Below are positions 1 to 13,630 of a DNA stretch of 64,000 nt, piece by piece. Both the position numbers and the translations under genes were made by a program. Each line of letters starts with the position of its first letter. Position 1 is the stretch's first letter. Below the pieces are notes generated by a model that saw only the letters and a list, made by a program, of their open reading frames with translations, did no database searches and was not told the DNA's origin. The DNA is from Fimbriosthenelais zetlandica (Eukaryota), in assembly GCA_977030845.1 (NCBI GenBank), contig OZ365112.1:5456001-5520000 (forward strand). The letters are read 5' to 3'.

Positions 1-1339
1 ATTTTATTGTTAAATTTAAGATAATTTCCGATTAGTATGGTCATTGTAATTAGAGCTCACATTGTGTATATATTTCAATGTTTAGGACCACCTGAAAATA
101 TACTGTAAAGTAGTAATGGTTATGTGAAGTGTCCTTCATCAATGAAAAAAATTGATGATCAATATTTTGATTTATAGAAGTATGGACCGAATTGAAGAGT
201 GAAATGTGAATTTTTACAGAGGTAAACTTGTCCGTTCATTGGTTGACCAGATTCTATCAGAAACATTTCATATATCAATTCCCTGGTTTACAACACATTA
301 TATAGACCTATACAGATATCTGCAGAGTATAAGATTGCATATCACTTGGCAGTACTTCGGTCAATGGTAAAAGGATACATTTCATACAGAAATATACTTT
401 GCTACCTTTCTATTCGTGATTGCTGCATGATACACATGTATACATACAAATGGATGATATGGACAATGGTTTGAACCTAAAAGCAATGTTTAGCATTCAT
501 TATAAAGCCCAGCAGGGGATTGATGATGGACTGAATGTGGGACAGATGGATAAATTGGTACGGTACTTATTTAGACGATACATTATTGGTTAGTGACAGT
601 TTGGTTACTGATAAAGCAGCAGGGATTCATCTCGCATGAAGTTTTAGGGCTTCTCAATTAGCCTACACTCCTTATGTGAACTCTATTATGTTCTAGAGCA
701 CATGCACCTAGAAATACCCATTGCACAGAAGGCAATGTAGTAATGCACATAGAAAAAGCCCCCAGCTGAAAATCATACGAGAAACTTGAGTAATCAAGAG
801 TGTGAGCTGGTATTCACCCATAACAGGTTCTATACAAATTCTAACTAAAAAAACACTATCCTGGGGAGTAACAATTGTATTTATGTTACGGTTTGTATTT
901 CAGTTTGATCTCAGGTAGCCAACTGGCTTCCGCAATTAATATGATTAAGAATGAAGATGATAGCTATCAAAATTCATTAATTCCGCATGAGGATACTTTC
1001 CAAAGACATTTATTCTAAAAACAGAAAGAGGGAGACTAAATGTCATAGGAAGACAGGGAAACAAAATGTCATGGACGGTCAGGATGTACGACATTACAGC
1101 ATATCCTAACCGTTTCTGCAAACTGGTTCATATTAATTTTACTTAACTGTAATTTGAGGTGTTTTTCACAAATTACACTTAAGGAATCAGAAGATTTATT
1201 ATAACAAGAATGCAAAAAAAATGAAATAAGTTAGTTGCCAAGTGATTGGATCTGGGCTGACATTCTCATTTTTCTCATTTCTCTTGTCTCCTTCATCCTT
1301 CCCCTACTTGTTAGATGACAGGGCTGGCTGTTCGAGTAA

Positions 1340-1550
1340 AGCCGGGACTCCACTGCTGCGATTTTGTTTGCGACACGTCTGCGACAAAGGTGATGCTTGT
1401 GTTTCAATGATAAATTTACCATAGGAGGACGGCCTTAAGGCCTTGGACACTTGAACCACAATTTATAAATTTTATTCTTACACAACTTCACAAGCATCAC
1501 CTTTGTCGCAGTAGTGTCGCAAGCAAAATCGCAGCAGTGGACTCCCGGCT
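1340..1550 (+). mobile_element. PIF/Harbinger-type (Tourist-like) MITE, family A copy 1
   Basis: 211 bp. About 62 bp terminal inverted repeats (AGCCGGGACTCCACTGCTGCG.../...CGCAGCAGTGGACTCCCGGCT, 4 mismatches). TAA on both flanks (1337-1339, 1551-1553). Central 12 bp palindrome GGCCTTAAGGCC. Two more copies in the window. Confidence 0.92.
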
Positions 1551-1689
1551 TAAGGACAACCAGAAATGAAGAGTCTGAGGCAGTATGAATTGATCCCTGA
1601 ACATGGACCAAGTCAACACCCGAGGTCTGCCCACATTTCTCCTCACAATCAGATGTTATATTCCCTAGTGCCCAGACGCCCATCAATTA

Positions 1690-2290
1690 AGGACCCTAAG
1701 ACCATCCTCGCCCTTGAGACCTGAGCTGGTCTTTTATTTATCATATCAGCACGATTTTATATACTGATCGAGCAACAAGGGCAATGGTCGATCGGCCCTG
1801 AAGTCTTTCAATAATGATCAGCTTCAGCTGTGTTTGGTGGCATGGGTGAGACTGCAGAAGGTCCTTTGGTGCTTTGTCATGCCCGCCTCTCAGAGGCAAG
1901 CTGCCCGTAGGCAGGGGCTAAAATATAGTTTCTTCCTTTTTACGCAATTTCCTCTGGAGACGGTGCCTTTGCCCCGGTACACTACCTTATGGGTGGTGGA
2001 CAGACATCTATTTGTTCAGGTCTGCACTTTTGCAGAGCTTTTCTTAATCCTGATAAAGCTTCATGATAGAAGTGGATTAGTTTATGTATTATACTTTCCA
2101 TGGCGAGGTTAATGTCTGCAGTGATGAAAGGCGGACTAACAAAAGGTTACAAAACGACAAGGGATTTTCATTATGCTCCAGGAGAAAAAAGCAACACTTA
2201 AGAGCAAGTGGCACAAGGGGTGATTTTTTTCTGCTAAATCAGCAGAACACAGTCAGAGACAGTGTCCTCTGTGCAACATGAGAATTAAAA
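1690..2290 (+). mobile_element. Decayed DIRS1-type remnant: MT end and YR N-half
   Basis: DPKTILALET*AGLL (MT-like DP.A.A.DA...W.GLL), QGLKYS, PLPRYTTLWVVD (cf. YR PPLPRYTTTWDVD), YTFH. Possible upstream RT/RH traces (QGIDDGL near 510, ILTKKTLSWG near 835) are weaker. Confidence 0.65.
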
Positions 2291-4261
2291 AAACTTGATT
2301 CCTCAAGAATTTCTGCCACAGAATACTAATATTTCGCCGGTGGCGGCCTGAGGAACAAGGTTATAGACAGAATTTCCTGTAAAGAGAGAGAGAGAGCGGT
2401 TTTGCCAAATTATCTAATGGATGAATGCAACAAATGTATTATCATTGGTTATGTACAGCTCTGTAGGTTTTGCCTCTTTACAGTGTACAATGTATGAAGT
2501 CCCTAACAGTTACTATATGGACAAATGAATGACTTTCCTTTCGGAAACAATCACTGGCACAATCAGTGTGAGGAAAGGGGGATAATATATTGCAGCTGCA
2601 AGGTATGTATACTCGTAATAGCATTTGACCTTATATTGTCATTAAAAGACTCTTAAATATTATGATAAATTTTCGATTATTGACGGTTTATATAGAAAAT
2701 CATCTATATTTGTAAATGTATGCATACTAATTAAGCTTGTAATATCGTACCCGTGTCACTGTGTCATTCATCTGTATGCAAATGAGGCATCAGAGAAATA
2801 GGTCATCCACACCATTAGGGATTCCCTTTGGGATGATTCAGAACATAAAGGTTATTATGAGGAATCACCATAGGGACTGTGAATGAAAAAATAACAAACA
2901 TTAAAAAGCTCTTTGGCTTTAAAAAGATTGCTTACTATGGTTTGCTTGTTTTGCTTGTGTACATTATGTTAGTGTCACTGTTGAGGCCATATTGCCTGGC
3001 CTCCATCTCGACTTTAAATAAGTCGAATGGGAAGTGAGTATCTCTATAAATTGAGAACAGACAAAATGATTTACTGTGGCCTCAGTCACTTTAAGTGATG
3101 GGGATGAGGCATGGGGAGGGAGTGAAGGGAGGCGATAGGAGGGATAGAAAGGAGCAAAGGCAGATAGGCGTTTTAAAATTAAGTGCATTATGAATTCATG
3201 CGAGGGGGACATACATTATTTAATCCCCGGACCGACTATGTTGTTCAAGCATGGAAGGCATCATATTTAACACAATACTTTGTGCTCAGAGGAAAGGCAT
3301 AAGGTATAGGTGTCACATCGCAGGAAGGCAGAAGGGTAATGTTCCCAGTATAATCCAAAGCCAAGGCAGCAACTAAATAAGTGATTCAATTTCCCTGTCA
3401 AAGAGAGACTTGCCCACCTCTAAAGCTGAGCCTATAGATTATAGTCGGGCGTATAATGGAATTAAAAAAGCCTGGTGGCTGAACATGTCTGCTGTTATAC
3501 ATCAACTTTACTATGAACAGGCTTCTCTATGGGTGGGGGAGAGATCCCCATAGAAAACAGGCTCACTCTGCCGAGTAAATAGGCTTAAAACAGTGTCAGA
3601 AATGATGAGTCTATTCTGCTATTTTAGTTAAATGAGTAATACACAGTTGTCGGTGTGGGTGGATGGAATCAGGGGGGGGGGCAGCCGTTGTCTGATGCTC
3701 TGCTATATTGTCACTGCCTCCCAGCTCAAGGCTTTTACTGAAAGGAAATTGAATCGTGTGCAAAGTTGTGAAGCCTTGCTTTCTGGAAGATGTATGAAGA
3801 GGGTTAAGCCGTGTTGAGGGCGGTTTCATAAAGCAGAATGTAATTTTCCTAGGGCGGTAATTCATGGCACCTCACCGTAATTTCCTCACAAAGCAAGAGG
3901 GGATACATGAATTAGAACATTTATGGGCATGAGGGAGGCCATAAAACACCTCCATTCAACCTATTTTTCTCGCACTTTTGCATAAGCGGATTGATATGAA
4001 TAGCACTAATGCCTGCATAGAAATTATAGGTCTAGTCGTATCTGTTGATGGAGTATAGCATTAATATGGCCATATGTCAGATTAGACACTAATATGTCCC
4101 TGTAGAGAATACCCCTCTAGTACAATTACTGTCCCATATAACGTAGGAAATGGCCTAGAATATTCATCGACGATTTTTAGGAGCAGGTGCAAGCATGTGG
4201 GGCAATGTGTAAATAAATATCCACCAAAACAGCAGTATTTTGATGAAGTCTGGAACAGCCA

Positions 4262-4305
4262 GAAATAAACAGGGCTATTTAAACAGGGCTATTTGAACAG
4301 GGCTT
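4262..4305 (+). repeat. 14 bp tandem repeat (about 3 copies)
   Basis: AAACAGGGCTATTT units. Confidence 0.85.
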
Positions 4306-4639
4306 GCATGACACACCTTAGTAAATGTATAGCCGAGTGGTAAAATTATTTTTTCATCATTGATTCCATAATGACTCCACCAAAACATTATTTTGATGAG
4401 AAATTATGAGAAGCTAATGGATTTGACCTTAAATCCGTCTATAATATTGCTCAAGAGGTAAAATACATTTGGTCAAACAGTTCTACACTTACAGAATTAC
4501 CACTATGGGTCCTGCACGGAAGTTGCTGACCCCTTTTCCTGAACAAAGTGCACTAATTACTTTAGCCCTGAACACCATTGAGACAAATGTAATTCTGTGT
4601 CAATTATACAGAGTGGCTCATTCGCTCTACCATCGTCCT

Positions 4640-4800
4640 ATTTGCCAAGCCGAGTAGCTCTTGCTGGGATGGAAGGGGAGCGTAAAAAAAATGCCAATTG
4701 CATAAGTATATCCAGATTGCATTGGGAAAATAGGGCCATAGCCAGCCAGAGAGGCTGCAGGGTAAAATAGGAGTGAGAGATGGGAGATGTGTCATACATC
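4640..4800 (-). mobile_element. Decayed DIRS1-type MT-domain fragment
   Basis: SGWLWPYFPNA...NWHFFYAPLP resembles SW.PDP.A...W..FFYAFPP. Confidence 0.4.
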
Positions 4801-6279
4801 AAGCTAAGCCATCCATTCACTCAGTGGTTGGATGTGATTTGCAGAATAGCTTTTACAAATAAGTTTGTGTCACTGTATAACAACTATGGCGCCCATTAAG
4901 CGTGATTGATGTAAAAGTAGGGATGTTAATGGGGTCCCTGCAGCTACATATATGTACTGTATACTCTCTCTCCCTCTCTATCTTCCTCTCTCCCTCTCTA
5001 TCTCTCACTATCGTCATTAGAGATCGCAGAAGTTACATTAAATGAAGGGTAAGAGTACTTAACATATACAGAATTGAACATTTATTTTTATGTCGAATAG
5101 AACTATAATTAAAGGCATTTTAATTTAGTTATTCTATACGTATATATGGGCTACTCGACAAAAGGGCATCAATTTGTTCTTAAGTATAAATAAATGGAGA
5201 TAAAGGGGAAAGTTTGTTTGAAGTAGAACTTTTAGAAACCCACATGTCATTTTTGTCCACCTTCCCCACCACTGAGCTCCAACATCCTTCAATTTACACA
5301 ATTGACAAATACGAAATGTCAGGCAGGTGGAAAATTTATTAGCTCGGAGCTTTATTAAAAATCGGAGGTGGTTTTTACTTTGGCGAGAATTGGAAGAATA
5401 ATGTCTGTTGTATTGGACTCCTGGCCGAGGACTTGGGACTTGGACAACAACTTAATCCGAAATCAATAAAACGAATCTGAGCAGATACGACCTCAGGGTT
5501 ACCCCCAATCCTTCTGACAAGAGATGTCATCTCCCGACCTAACACTTGCTTCTCATCTGGTGGGGAAAAAATAAGTCACATTGGAGGAGGGGGGAGAAGA
5601 AGGCCTATTTGTGGATGGAAAATCGTTTCTGTGGCATGGAAACAATTCAATAGAGCGAGTGAATGGTGTCAATAGCTATGGCTTGGGGGATGGGACTGAG
5701 ACTAACCAGCCAATTTGTTAGTTCTGTTTCAGTCAGACTCTGAATTAAGATGGCGATCAATAACTTGTGCTTCAATGCTTGTGTTCATTGCGTGGAGGAG
5801 GGGGATGTGCTCAACCTTCAGATACTGAGCTCGCTTGAGGTGCATTAAGCCGTGGACACACTAAGGTGACTTCATACAAATCCGTTCCTAATCCAGTTTG
5901 ACAAAGTTAATACTTTGACTAATACAAAAATGCTCATTATAATGCACAAACATCTCCAATTGACCAATCGATTAAATCATACAGGTTTATTAAACGATTA
6001 ACCAGTGACGGCTAATCGGTTGGTTAATTAGCTGTATGTGGCCTGGGTTATGGTCGTACTATGCTCATGCCCACTGGGCTGTGTTCAGCCTTATCACAGC
6101 CTTTGCAAAAAAAACCAACGGAAATGGCTAATGTAATAAGACCTGCCTTGTTCAGCTGGGCTGGAGTGGCTTCTCTTTCATCCCCCCTGAGGTAAGACAA
6201 ACATTAAGCCAGCCTATCATTTTGGCGGCACAAAACTGAGTATACAAATAAGATGATCAAAATGCCAGGGAGGGCCTGA

Positions 6280-6900
6280 ATTAATCAACACCTTTTGTAG
6301 GAGGTAGGCGCCAGGAGCTCTTCTCTTTTATGTGATCACTGTGTGCGGAATCTTTATCAATTAAACATGGAAACTTCTCCAAGTTGGCCCCTCCCCGAGT
6401 TACTATATTAAATTTCAAATATCTTCAGATAATTTCCATAAAATTCCACTCAAGTGAAATTCTTCCTTTGGGAATATATTCGAAAGACAAGGTTATTCTA
6501 TTCTTTATGAGAGTCTCACAGAATTCAATAAAATTCAGCTTCATAGAGAATATGTGTAGGGAAAGAGATTCACTTCTGAAAATCAACAGAATTATAATTT
6601 CGGGATATGTTGGGGGTTCCTATACTGTCAAGAAATATTCTTATAGTTTTGATAGGCGGATAGATAGGTAGCAAAGTGTGTTGATTATTTAGATATTGGG
6701 GGGTGAATGGGTCTAGAGTGGTTAATGTTTTATAAATTAAGCCCCGTCTTCCACCATTGAGCATCTATATAGTGCTTGAGTCCATGTTTACCTTGGCACC
6801 GGAAGACCCTGTCATGGAAACAATGCTTTATGAACGCATCAAGGTGGGTATGGGTGCCGATAAACCATCCATATGGGAAGAGGTATCGGGAATCAAGAAG
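6280..6900 (-). mobile_element. Possible decayed DIRS1-type MT/YR fragment
   Basis: LDPFTPQY...LLPIYPPIKTIRIFL resembles VDAFT..W...LYAFPP..LI.RVL. The downstream SAHSDH...KGV is a weak YR N-terminal resemblance. Confidence 0.35.
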
Positions 6901-7002
6901 GGGGACGAGGGGAAGAATTACGAAAGGAAGAAGGAGTGAATAAAGAGGGAGCGTAAAGGGAAGAAGGGGCAAGGAAGAGGAAGAAGGTTGAGGGGAGGGA
7001 AG

Positions 7003-7089
7003 GGGGAAGAAGGTGAGGGAGGAGGCAAAGCTGGGGATGAAGGGGAAGAAGGCGAGGGAGGAGGCAAAGCTGGGGATGAAGGGGAAGAA
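7003..7089 (+). repeat. 39 bp purine-rich tandem repeat (2.2 copies) within a G/A-rich tract from about 6880
   Basis: GGGGAAGAAGG(T/C)GAGGGAGGAGGCAAAGCTGGGGATGAA repeated. Confidence 0.92.
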
Positions 7090-7649
7090 TGCGAAGAATT
7101 TTGAAACGCATGATTATCGCAAGAGTATCGCATGAATACATGTAACCAGTAAAGAGCTAGAGATAGTACACATGACCCAGTACAGTAAGCTAATTTAAAA
7201 TGATCATCTTTGAAGCTCGATGTTCAAAAGATGAAAACTGGCCAACAAGAGCCAAACCATGAATCACCCTACTGACCTCCTTTCCTTTAAGCCTCCAGGA
7301 CAAGGTCTGTCTTCAAAAGACTGATCACTGCTTTTGAGACATATACCTTGCTTTGGTTCACCTCTGAAGGAACAGGAAAGCCCCGGATGTCAGAAGGAGA
7401 AACAACTTCCCCTGAACCCAACATCAACCCCTAACATGAACTCTGGAAGTAATAAGTGTGGCTGGACACTGAGGTGTCTAAGGAAAGTAAAGCCTAAGAT
7501 GTCACACAGCACGTTCTTTGACCTGATATAGGTAACCGATATATGGCATCAAAAAGACTATTAAATGTTATTAAAAGGTAACAGACCTCTTCGACACAGA
7601 TTAATTCTTGCATTGATGGCAAAGATTAATCTTGCAATCAATGCCCCCA

Positions 7650-7795
7650 ATCCCTCTCCCTCTCCTCTTCCCTCCCTCTTCAACACACCCATCCCCCTCC
7701 TCTCTCCCCCCCCCCTCATTCCATCCCTATCCACCTCTCCCCCTCCCCTACCAATCCCCATCCCCATCCCCATCCATATCACCCATCCCCCAACT
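7650..7795 (+). repeat. C/T-rich low-complexity tract with (CCCCAT)n
   Basis: Pyrimidine-rich run. The minus strand has multiple GGGG runs. Confidence 0.85.
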
Positions 7796-7889
7796 CCAGG
7801 GAGTCACCTCTCCATTGCTCCTGTTCCTGCCTCCTGTCACATCACACAAGCCGTCTATATCACAAATCTACCTCAAGCATAGCCCGGCT

Positions 7890-8200
7890 TGTGATGAAGA
7901 TAGGGGTTAGTCACATTCTGGCTGACTTTAACTTGCCAGATTTGGCAGGCTTACTTCGTGCTTCATTAACCCTCTATACCTGACCTGATCGTCTAGCTGA
8001 CACTCACTCTCCCCTCCCAGACGTGTCTTTGTACTGACAGACACACAGGGTCCTACTTCCTTAATAGAAAATCCTTTAATGAGGTTTCTCTCTATACAGG
8101 TTCTCAGAAATATTAACAAAGAAATCATGTTAATGATCGAGTTCGTAAAGGTTTCATATCTTATTTTTAAAAATATATTGACAACATTGTTGAGATTCCT
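7890..8200 (-). mobile_element. Decayed DIRS1-type YR N-terminal fragment
   Basis: LLIFLRTCIERNL..FSIK, VSVS....LGGES..Q...VRYRGL, then PECD (one base from PEWD). Confidence 0.45.
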
Positions 8201-8739
8201 TTCCAAATTGGAGATGTTAAGGAACTCAATTTAACTGACTGAAGCAATGTGAATGGATTCAAAATTGTTTTCAAAATTGGCAAAACACTGGCAATATTAA
8301 GCTATTGCTATTCACAAAGTGAAGACAGCATCCAGTTGCATGTGAAATGCTGTCGTTATTTAACTTCTGTATCAAATAACAATGGGGAAGGTTGAGAAAT
8401 GACAGAATGGCTTGCTTCTAGCTTGGCCCCACAGGGTCAGGATTGTAGAAATCAATAGCCCCAGGAAGCAATAATGTTCCCGGGTCTCTGCCTGAAGGAA
8501 CAGTTAACATCAATGTTAGGTTTCTTCATCATTTCTCTTCACTTTGTCCCCTCCCTTTCTATATCACTCTCTGTGATTTGTCATCGCCGAGAGATTGCCC
8601 TCTCGCTTCCTTCGTTTGCTGCTCAATTTCCAGCAAGCGAGGTCAGAATTGCTTTTGTTGGGGTTCTCCCTATCCCCACCCTCCTCTACATCAAGCTCTG
8701 TTAGCCAGAGTAGTCTGTGTCAGAACTGCCCACATTGAC

Positions 8740-9680
8740 AGAAGTGAATCAATTGAATAGTATCGGTCAAAATTACACCTTCTCGCTGGACGATCTTTCC
8801 ATACTAATCCTTTTTCCATGGAAGGCACGATCAACTGCATGACCTACTTTTGCGACAATGAAATGTTAAAGAACCTATTTTCTACCAGGTTCGATCACGC
8901 CACCTGTGGAGTGATCTGAGAAACATTCGACCCCTGCCGGATGTTCACAGATTAAGTTCATGTTGTTAAGTATAGGGGGTTCCTCCTGATGTATTCCCAC
9001 AGGCGTGACCTCTGACCTGGGGTCAGGGGACGCCCCCAGGCGGCAGGGAGATCGACTGGCGGTAGTGAAACCAGGAGCAAATGAAATCTTCACACCCAGA
9101 GTGATTCAATAAGAAGCAAGAAAAGCCCCAGCCATAGAATCTCCACGAGGTGTAGTCAGGCCATGTCTCATCCTCACTGAAGGGAGGTACTCGCCATATA
9201 CAAGTACTTCCATACATGTTCACTATTGTCAGAAACCGGTTTCTTTTCTCCAGCTGGAAGGCCCTTGATATCAAATAATCAGAAAAATATACTTCTTTTG
9301 CAAACGCTTTGAGCATGACCAGAGTCAATAAGCAATATGGTAGCTGCCCAACCTCATTAAGAACAATCTTACTTCAGGATTCAAAATACATGCAGTATTT
9401 CTATAATGAGAATCTTATAGACAACTCTGTCAAGAAGAACGGATCAAAGTGGCAAGAAAATAAAGTGTAGTGCCCCCACACTGCTCCCCTTGCAGATTGC
9501 ACCTAGCACAACCTGCCCTTGCGCCTCCCCTATTTATGGAATTTCCTCCAAGTGCTGTTGATGTGATCGAATTTGTAATCTCCACGGAAATCTGGTTGTT
9601 GACAAAAAGCGACCGGAAAAGGGCGGTCTTCTTCCTAGGGAAATGGAAGAGATCCCGTGGTCGAGCTGGGTAAGACATTC
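8740..9680 (-). mobile_element. Decayed DIRS1-type tyrosine recombinase remnant
   Basis: Collinear VPPFSE, SWFHYRQSISLPP (cf. SxFHLNQSISLP), DHSTGGV (cf. AHSTRGV) and NFDRYYSID (cf. catalytic TFxRxYxLD) across several frames. Confidence 0.62.
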
Positions 9681-10030
9681 AGTGGGTCCCAGGAAAGAAC
9701 AAGAAAGCACCTCATCAAGTACTTTTATTTAATAGTCTCACAGAAAAGCTTTCCTTGACAGACAAGGTTAATTTTACTGAACAGAATTCAATTAATCCCT
9801 CCATTGCTAACTCAATCTTACCGATAAATCCCAAGTCATTGCCTTGTCCTAAGAGCTCCTGACTTAGCTTCGTATAATGGAAAGTACAAGGTGTTTTTGT
9901 ACACTTTCATAATGTAATATGGAGCATAGTGAGTGACAGAATGCATTTACTCGCATTATGGATACATGATAAGCTATTTCTTAGGCTTGTGAGGCGAGGC
10001 TATTACTTGAAGCAAGTCTGGCGGGTTTAA

Positions 10031-10241
10031 AGCCGGGACTCCACTGCTGCGATTTTGCTTGCGACACTACTGCGACAAAGGTGATGCTTGTGAAGTTGTG
10101 TAAGAATAACATTTATAAATTGTGGTTCAAGTGTCCAATGCCTTAAGGCCGTCATCCAATGGTAATTTTATCATTGAAACACAAGCATCACCTTTGTCGC
10201 AGACATGTCGCAAGCAAAATCGCAGCAGTGGAGTCCCGGTT
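10031..10241 (-). mobile_element. PIF/Harbinger-type MITE, family A copy 2 (inverted relative to copy 1)
   Basis: 211 bp near-identical reverse complement of 1340-1550. Flanks TAA / TTA (TWA target). Confidence 0.92.
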
Positions 10242-10899
10242 TTACAGTAAGAAATGATCCGTGAGAGCAATAAGCAGATGTTGTGTTGTGAGCATGTCAA
10301 TAAGCTGTGAGCTACTCCTGACCCTTACTTAGTACCATGCTGCATTAATCATCAAGCCTTTCACCCACCAACATTGCCTGACAATAGTCAAGGAACATAT
10401 ACATGTCCGGACGTCAACCATTCACTGTATAGAATAGGTGCACTGTTTTAATTTTCATAAATGAATACTGATTTCGCAATTGAGCTCCCACAGAGATATA
10501 AAGGACCCTGGGGTCTTTGTATAATCAATAATGAAATCTGTCATTTAAGATTTAGGTTTAATGTACAAGTCAAGAGATAAGTGTCTGAGCTGAGGTGATT
10601 TAGCTAAATCAACGACGATTATTGATGAGCCCATTGAAAGGGATAGAGTCTTTAAGGCTGGAGCCTGGAAGGGCAGAATTGGATGAAAAGGGAGAAGGGG
10701 CAGTTATATGGCAAGAGTTGGGACTAGAATCACTATAGAGGGCATTGGCAGGTGGTTCATGGAAACTTAATTTGTGTGGAACATTACTCATGACTTATAT
10801 CGGCTGAATCAGTTTAGATCTTACGTGACTGAAGTTAAATCCAGCCAATCTGAGAGAGAATCTAGGTGAAGCGACTATAATATTGGTGCTATGGGGAAA

Positions 10900-13630
10900 G
10901 GCAACCCTGAGAAAAACAGTTGCATGTAACAGTCCCCGGATGTAGAACGAGTACAGTGATCTTGGCAGCCAGTCAATCTGTATCCACCAGGGTCAATAGC
11001 CCCCAATTTGTACCACAGCCCTCCAAAAGAACCATCACTGCCATGGCCTCCACTTTCTCCATTTCCACCGCCATTGTTCATCATTTGCCTCGCAGTCAGC
11101 CTGGGTCAAAAGGAAGAAGTCAAGTTCAGGAACACAACCCTGGCTCGCCAGAACAGCAAGGAGCCAACTGTTGTGAACCTGCCTTAGGCCGTCTGAGAGA
11201 CAACTCCGTTAGAGGAGTCTATCCGCCTCATTTCCCCTCAAACTCGCCCTCCTCCCCGACCTGCCACTCCTTTATCTCTGAAAATACCTTCAAAAAGGCA
11301 GCCTTCCGGTGTGGCTAGGAGCCATGTTAGGGGTCCGCCACCCGTTCTAACGGCACAAGTGCTTCTCTGTTAGAGGCCGCGCTTTGCCCTCCAGCATTGC
11401 ATCACACATGTATGCTATCATCTGACTTTCTCAGTTTTTCCACTTTGCCCCTGAATCTCCCTTCGAGTGGCATCAGTAGTGGATTCTTGTCTAGGATAGT
11501 TGGGTGAGATACGGCTTTATTTCGACCAGAGCAGGGCATAGGGGTTGCGGGTGATGTTTCATTTCAGATGGGGCAGTAATTTGATCATGTGTGACTGGCC
11601 AGTAGCAGCTGTAAGTGCTATTAGCTCCATCTCTACTTCGCCCCCTGGACGGGCTGTCAATGCCAATGGCAATGGTTACCTTCCCACTATATGATGCCTG
11701 GGTAACAAGCTTCCCTAGAAAGTCCCCTACCCACTGGCTTCCCTGTCAAATGCAAGCTAGATGATGTGTCGGACGGAGTGGATGGCTAAGCGGTGCTGAG
11801 TGTCTTTCAGCATCTCTGTCTCAGCACCCTACTGCAGCATGAAGACCAGTACCAGCTGTCAGATATAAAGAAGGGCTTATACCCACCTCTACTGCTGTCC
11901 TGCACTGCTGGTTCTTCAACTCCTGATCCCCCATGTTTGGAAATCTCTCAGAGTATACTCTCAATCACTTATCAATACCTCCTACAATGATCCGATGTAC
12001 TCTTCACTCCAAGGCAAGGACAGTGCTGCTCGTTCACAGTGTGAAACAACACCAAATGGCCTGCCCTGACTCCCTGCCCTTCCTCTCACTCACTACCACC
12101 ACTACTAACTGTTACAGCTTGTCACTCTTAACACCCCTATGTTAAAAGTCCAACACCCATGTACAAATTGGCACAATTTATATCCAATTACACATAACGG
12201 TATTATATGGCTGAGGCCAGACAAGGGCGAGGGATGGCGGCAAAAACTAGTGTTGGAACTGAATCAGATGCTTAATTTGGAATTATAGATATGGGTCAGG
12301 GTCAGTAGGGTCATTCTGTGAATGTTTATGCCATGGCAAGTTGATATACTCACAACTGGCTCATCGGGAGCAACTCAGGGTGGTATGCCTCAGCGGTCGT
12401 CGATGTACCTTGTCACTAAAAGAAAGCCTTTGCTCTCACTGTAACCACCTTTTATGGTGATTGAACCATTTGAAAGGCTCCATAAACTTTCTGTTTTTTC
12501 CAGGGTAGACCTTTGCCTTTGTGAGGATAGAACGACCCCAGAAGAATTGTTGGACAATTGCATATTTTTTGTATTGTGGTCATGTACTATGCAGTAAATG
12601 CAAGTAAATCAGACCAAATTCACAAATGAATCTGAGCATGAATAAATAGGCATCTATGAATCCGAAACATGCAGTTGGCCGCTTATCTTCCAGTTGCAAA
12701 TGTTAACAGAATGTCAATCTACAAGCACTTGCAGGATATGGGAATAATGCAAAGAATTGCAAGTTCTATATAACCCTATATAGAGAGAGTTATGGGGCCA
12801 CGTATGAGATACACTATGGCTGTGACATTTTATATAGGATGTAAATATACTGAATGTTCAGCCGCTCTCGAATCGTTCACCGAGGCATTGACCTACCAGA
12901 TCAGATCCCTGACCCACCATTACTCGGGGCAGTGGGTAAATGCGGGTCGTATCCTCCACTCAGGATGACTTTAACCAGTTTTGCCCAGTGGAGATTGGTA
13001 GTAGTGCCCTTATCAGGGTTATCTAATGGCTTCCAGTGTCCCTGATTAGGCCGGGTAATGTCATTGTTCTTTATCTGATAGACCTGGGCTGTTTTTCAAT
13101 GAGTGCATGCAGCCTTAGGCTGATTTAACTCTCCACCGATAACATCTTAATGCGTCCATGCATGTCAATGCCAATTTCCCAGTTCGTGGATAATAGTCCC
13201 TGTTACTTTTTCTGGGTATCAATCTTGCCTCTTGTTTCAAAATCAGTTGGAATATGAAAGTATATTCCATAGGATATTCTGCTGCAGTCAGCTGAATGCT
13301 GAATACTATGGCAACACACTATGGCAACACACTATGGCAACACACTATGGTAACACACTGGCAACACACCTTGAGGGTTTGTAATGGCCCAAGAAGTGGA
13401 TCAAGAGAGACATTTCACATCACAGAAGATTCAGAGCACTTATGTCTTCGACAAGGACATAAATGTTCACATAGCTCGTCTTCTGAGGAAGGACATCCAA
13501 TCCGACATCATGCATGGGTCCTATGATCTCATACATATCTCATACATAACACATCCATTCATCAGCCAATACCTGGTTTTCAGTCAATCACATTGTAAAC
13601 TGTTAAAGAAACGGTTACTAATGAAAAGAT
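10900..13630 (+). mobile_element. Near full-length decayed DIRS1-type element (gag?-RT-MT-YR order)
   Basis: Gag-like low-complexity frame 10920-11318; LLQHEDQYQLSDIKKG (RT LLQPGD...SxDLKDA); SLPFLSL near 12080; GIDL...DP...SYPPL near 12890-12960 (MT-like); ITHPFISQYL near 13550 (YR SHPLISRFL). The order is correct but individual motifs are weak to moderate. Confidence 0.45.
13305..13368 (+). repeat. 13 bp minisatellite (about 5 copies)
   Basis: ACTATGGCAACAC repeated with minor variants. Confidence 0.95.

Noticed and set aside
8474-8704. Plus-strand DIRS RT thumb (QLTSMLGFF...FVP)
   Set aside because: A single weak motif with no supporting neighbours.
13305-13368. CRISPR-like array
   Set aside because: Head-to-tail 13 bp tandem repeat with no spacers, in a eukaryotic context.
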